A DNA stretch of 64,000 nucleotides, from positions 2,108,001-2,172,000 of the forward strand of contig NC_135261.1 of NCBI RefSeq assembly GCF_964204865.1. Reading direction: 5' to 3'. Positions 59,923 through 64,000 of the stretch are shown here, one piece after another (position 1 is the first letter of the stretch; each line of letters begins with the position of its first letter). This DNA is from Styela clava. Taxonomy: Eukaryota. The notes below the pieces were generated by a model. It searched no databases and was not told the DNA's origin. It was given only the letters and a program-made list of their open reading frames with translations. Both the position numbers and the translations under genes were made by a program.

Positions 59923-61455
59923 CAGGGCTTCCCAAACTTTTGAGCTCGCGGCCCCTTTTGATATATTAAAATTTTTCGCGGTCCTTGTTCGCGCTAATAA
60001 TGCTAAAAAGTTCAAAATATGCATTTTTGATATTTCATTGACACAGCTAACTCTTAACTTTTAAAAGGGCTACTCAATAATAAAAACATCTTTACTCAGA
60101 TTATCCAATGTAATGGGTGTCTTCTTCTTTCTTTCTTAACTCTGCCTAGTTTTTCTTTAAAATGCTCGAAACTCACTCATGTTCGATAAACTCGGTTCAG
60201 CAAATGAATAAACTGCGGCCAACGAAATTGCAGTATTAGGGTTTACCTGTAACGTAACAGAGAGTAAATAATTTAGAACGATAAAATGAATTTTTTTCAT
60301 ATACACATCATTTGCGTTAATGAGAAACAATAAAACATTTAGAATAAATAAAATTTGTGATATGTTCCGAGGCGCACTGAGCAAATCGCCTTCCGGAACC
60401 GCTAGCTTAGCGATTAAAGCATTGTTATGCAAGCAAGCAAATCGGGTCTTACGATTAGAATATGCATTGTTATGCAAGCGAGATGAATCTACCTTGTTAC
60501 CCCGAAAATAAGTCCAAGCTTGAATTTTACAAATGATTTTAATACAACCGCAAAGACTTCGTCGATAGCGCAATTTGTTTACCTAATCACGTGGAAGTTT
60601 CAATTCTGCTAGGGCGTCGCAAAATTTCATGATGGTGTTGTAATAAAATATGTGATATGTTTCAGGCGCACTGAGCAAATCGCCTTCCGGAACCGCTAGC
60701 ATAGCGATTAAAGCCGGCATTGTTATGCAAGCACGCAAATCGGGTCTCACGATCAGAATATACATTGTAATGCAAGCGCAATGATTCTACCGTTTAATTC
60801 TGAAAATTCGGTTTTCTGTAGATAAAGATTATTTCTACTTGGTTCAAAAAGCATTGCGCTCCACATCTCCTTTGCGATTTCGTATTTATATTAAGCAGGC
60901 TTTTCTACCATGGCCCATTAAATTTGATTTCACTGACTGTTATTAGATTTGTTTGTTCGTTTATATAAAACTCATTGCAAAAGAGGTATTATATTTAAAT
61001 GTATCAATACGTACGGTATTTTTCACGGGAAGTCGCAACTTGAGCATATTACTGGAGGTCGTCACAATACAACTAGGTTCGAAAACTACTGAGTCCAATA
61101 GTTGAAAGAAATCTACTTTTTAAATTGTTAATAACCTATATGTAGCCGCTACTTTGAATGGAAACGTGCTATTAAATTGGTATCATATTTCAGTATTCAT
61201 ATTTCGTATATTAATCTCGTTATTCTCTACATCCCCCTAAAATGAGCTCCAGTGTTCAAAAGAAAATTGATGAAAATGTCTTATTTTCAGGAAAACACGG
61301 TGTGATGATGTATATTCACTCGGAATCGTGAAATTATCGTTTTACACTATTTTTAATGATTGAATTTCAAATTACGAGTCCGAAAAAGGGCAATAGATAT
61401 AGTACTTTGTGTAAAATTGGTGTTCTCTTCGCGGCCCCTAGTTTGGGAAGCCCTG
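59923..61455. mobile_element. Non-autonomous hAT (Charlie-like) element
   Basis: 16-bp TIRs CAGGGCTTCCCAAACT / AGTTTGGGAAGCCCTG; TSD ATCTAAAC (59915-59922) / ATTTAAAC (61456-61463); internal direct repeat at ~60355-60500 and ~60651-60795. Confidence 0.88.
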
Positions 61456-62404
61456 ATTTAAACTAGTGAAGTAAGTTGCACAGCGGTGGTATATCGGCTG
61501 CCTCCATTAAAAGAAATTTGTATTATCATTAAATAAAAAATGTTGTCATACTGCATAACCAGAACATTTAGGTCAAGCGGGCGGGACAACTTGCTAAAAT
61601 CGGGACGTATGGAAAGCCTACCTAGAATAACCTTCCCCTCCAGCAGATATGGAAGACCATGAGTGTACCCGGGACAACACTTTTTGAATGAACGGTTACA
61701 TTAAGAGAGATTCTCTTAACAAGTACGAGATTGTGATCTCTATGCCCGTGCTCGCTCACGAAGTCTGGTGGATGTAAAATGGTTTGGTCTGCGATGTGTT
61801 CAATGGTTTATATCGGTTTTACACTATGGCAACCTTTAGCAAAAAAAGAGCCATCCTTTCAATTGAACTCAAACCTAATGGAAACCGCAACTTGTATTCC
61901 AATGTCAGTGGATATTGAAACTCCCGGAAAACGACTTATGATGCAATAATCTATTTCTTACTAAGAAGTAGCCTAAAATGCAATACTTCCGTCTACGAAG
62001 AGATAGAACTTGACAATGAAAAGAAAAAGTGTGTTTTGACAGATTTCAAATGCGACTCATTTTTACAGCTCGCGACTTATACTTTCGAAACCGCTGTGAC
62101 GCGTAATTAGCGCATTTCGTCCTATACCTCCCTTTTTATTGAATCCTTGCAGCTTCTGACAAAAAAACTAGCGGCAAATAACGGCATGCGGCTCCGGTGC
62201 CACTGGTTGCCGATAGCTACCTTAACTAAGGGACAAGAAAAAGGCTTAAAATCCAATTCTACCCATTAACCTCAATAGGAACGGTAGAGCCAAATTGAAC
62301 AATTTAATATATGTAAAAGGTACAATGTTCAGTCGCGTCACTTGGCACAACAAGGCAAATTTTGGAACAGTGGGATTGAAATATAACCATTATGAAAATG
62401 TGAG

Positions 62405-62477
62405 CACCTGATAAGAGACTTGAACTCTCGACCGTTGATTTGAAAGTCCAACGCTCTACTAACTGAGCTAACCGGGC
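62405..62477 (-). pseudogene. Lys*-derived tRNA pseudogene with a TTC (Glu) anticodon
   Basis: Loop CT-TTC-AA; acceptor, anticodon and T-stem mismatches. Confidence 0.75.
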
Positions 62478-62721
62478 GAACAGTTACAACAAGTCTATGT
62501 ATCCACGAATAACTTGTCCTATGACTGGGAAAGGTTCCCCAAATTTACCCAGAATAAGATTCCCCCGCAGTAGATGAGCGTACGCGGACAACACTTTTCT
62601 GAACGAACATTGACATTAAAGAGAGATTCGCCATTCCAGGTGCAATATTGGGGCTATTACAGTTTGGCAACGACAAATAGACTTTTGTGACATCACCCAG
62701 ATTATTTTTAAAAACAATAAA

Positions 62722-62738
62722 CGTCCCTGGGTGGGCTC

Positions 62739-62789
<51 letters not shown>

Positions 62790-62795
62790 AGAGAC
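62722..62795 (-). tRNA. tRNA-Asn(GTT)
   Basis: Canonical copy. Confidence 0.96.
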
Positions 62796-63926
62796 GAGGC
62801 ATTAAACCAGGCTGCTCCTAAGGTTCACGATGGTAACGATTAATTGTATTTACCTCCTGATAACCAAAGTCAGTGGCCCAGCCTTCTTGAAGAAATTTAT
62901 CTCTTCGCCTATTTAGAAACTCTTTATTCCTCCCTTACTATGGAAGTAAGAATTAGGCTGTAACAGATTGCCTACTCGTATTAATTCGTTTTGGCTTCCG
63001 TGTCCCTATATTTGCGCATTGCTCTCCTCTTAATTAAACTAACGTCAATAATATAGTAACAAAACTAGGAACTTCAGCTGAAAATTTCAAAGCAATTGGT
63101 CCAGTAGTTAATAGAAAAGCGGTTTGGCACAACAACAAAAAGAAAATACAAAATGAACAAACGATCCATCGCCATTTTGTGTCCAATAAATCTCAACAAT
63201 GCAACGAAAGACAGTGAAACTTAGTTTAAATTGATCTGAAATTGTCCGGGTGACAAAATTCTATTTGTCGTTGTCGAACTATCAAAGCCCAATATTGCAC
63301 CTCAAATAGCGAATCTCTCCTAATGTAACCGTTCATTCTAAATATCGCACATGTTGGCAGCACCTTAAAGTGTTCTCCGGGCGAGGTTCTTTCTGGTTGT
63401 TTCCCCGAGCATTGATTTCCTTATTTATGTCCGTAACAATGACCAATTGGGAATAAGTCAACAATGACGTAACAATTGCATTTATGTAGCCGATCGGACA
63501 CTTCTTTTGTTCAGACAGATATTGATGCATATGTGTAAACATTGCTTTCTTATATCGATTTTGGATTTAATTTGTCAGTTTTCAGTAGTGTTTCCAAAAA
63601 TGAGTTGTAAGTTAAATAACCTAATTGCAATTATGTCTTTTGAGCAGCTTTAGTTTTGTTGAAATATATTCAAAAATTAGTCCTAGAAAAGCTGTGATAT
63701 AAAAAAATATGATGAACATGTAAACCAGTTCGCAAGCGCCAACTCTCCTAAACACTTTTAAAATAAGCATCAAAATTTTGCAATGGTAAAATAGGGGAAA
63801 GTTTTCTGGGGTCAAGGAAACCCTTGGGATGGTTATTTTAGGCGAATTTAGTAAACCATTCACGGACATGGGCCAAGGAATAGTTCACCGGTTATTTGTG
63901 GATACATAAACTCTGTGCTGCTGCGA

Positions 63927-63999
63927 GCCCGGTTAGCTCAGTCGGTAGAGCGTTGGAATTTTAATCCAACGGTAAAGGGTTCAAGTCTCTTATCGGGCG
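63927..63999 (+). tRNA. tRNA-Lys(TTT), degenerate copy
   Basis: C32->A, C48->A and C62->T relative to the canonical copy. Confidence 0.65.
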
Positions 64000-64000
64000 T

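Larger units (their letters stand above)
16660..64000. repeat. Tandem tRNA gene array, about 4.3 kb unit (Lys-, Lys*-, Asn-, Lys+)
   Basis: Unit-to-unit colinearity, e.g. Lys(-) at 39067, 43379 and 47440; the same spacer sequences recur throughout; continues past the window end. Confidence 0.92.

Noticed and set aside
59923-61455. ORFs of 138 aa and 60 aa inside the Charlie-like element
   Set aside because: No transposase motifs; the similarity between them comes from an internal direct repeat

Overview
Eukaryotic (animal), AT-rich genomic DNA. The compact layout and repeat types suggest an invertebrate such as an ascidian, which I cannot verify. Bases 1-15 kb hold four minus-strand genes with uninterrupted CDSs (YIPF1/2, an ankyrin-SOCS box protein, a 2OG-Fe(II) dioxygenase, ARMC1) among SINEs, MITEs and LINE 3' fragments. 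Bases ~16.6-64 kb are a tandem tRNA gene array (about 4.3 kb unit: Lys(-), variant Lys*(-), Asn(-), Lys(+); 16 Lys-type and 5 Asn copies) eroded by deletions and invaded by nested elements: a hAT MITE, a Blackjack-like hAT inside it, and an integrase-less Bel/Pao LTR retrotransposon inside that. The retroelement occurs once as a three-LTR tandem with a chimeric middle LTR and once as a single copy at the same target site. The most unusual signals are recurrent TA->TACCGGTA micro-insertions, the integrase-less Bel/Pao multiplied by recombination, a hAT insertion hot spot, a tRNA-Lys variant with a compensatory T-stem change, and a perfect 38-bp hairpin just after the ASB stop codon.
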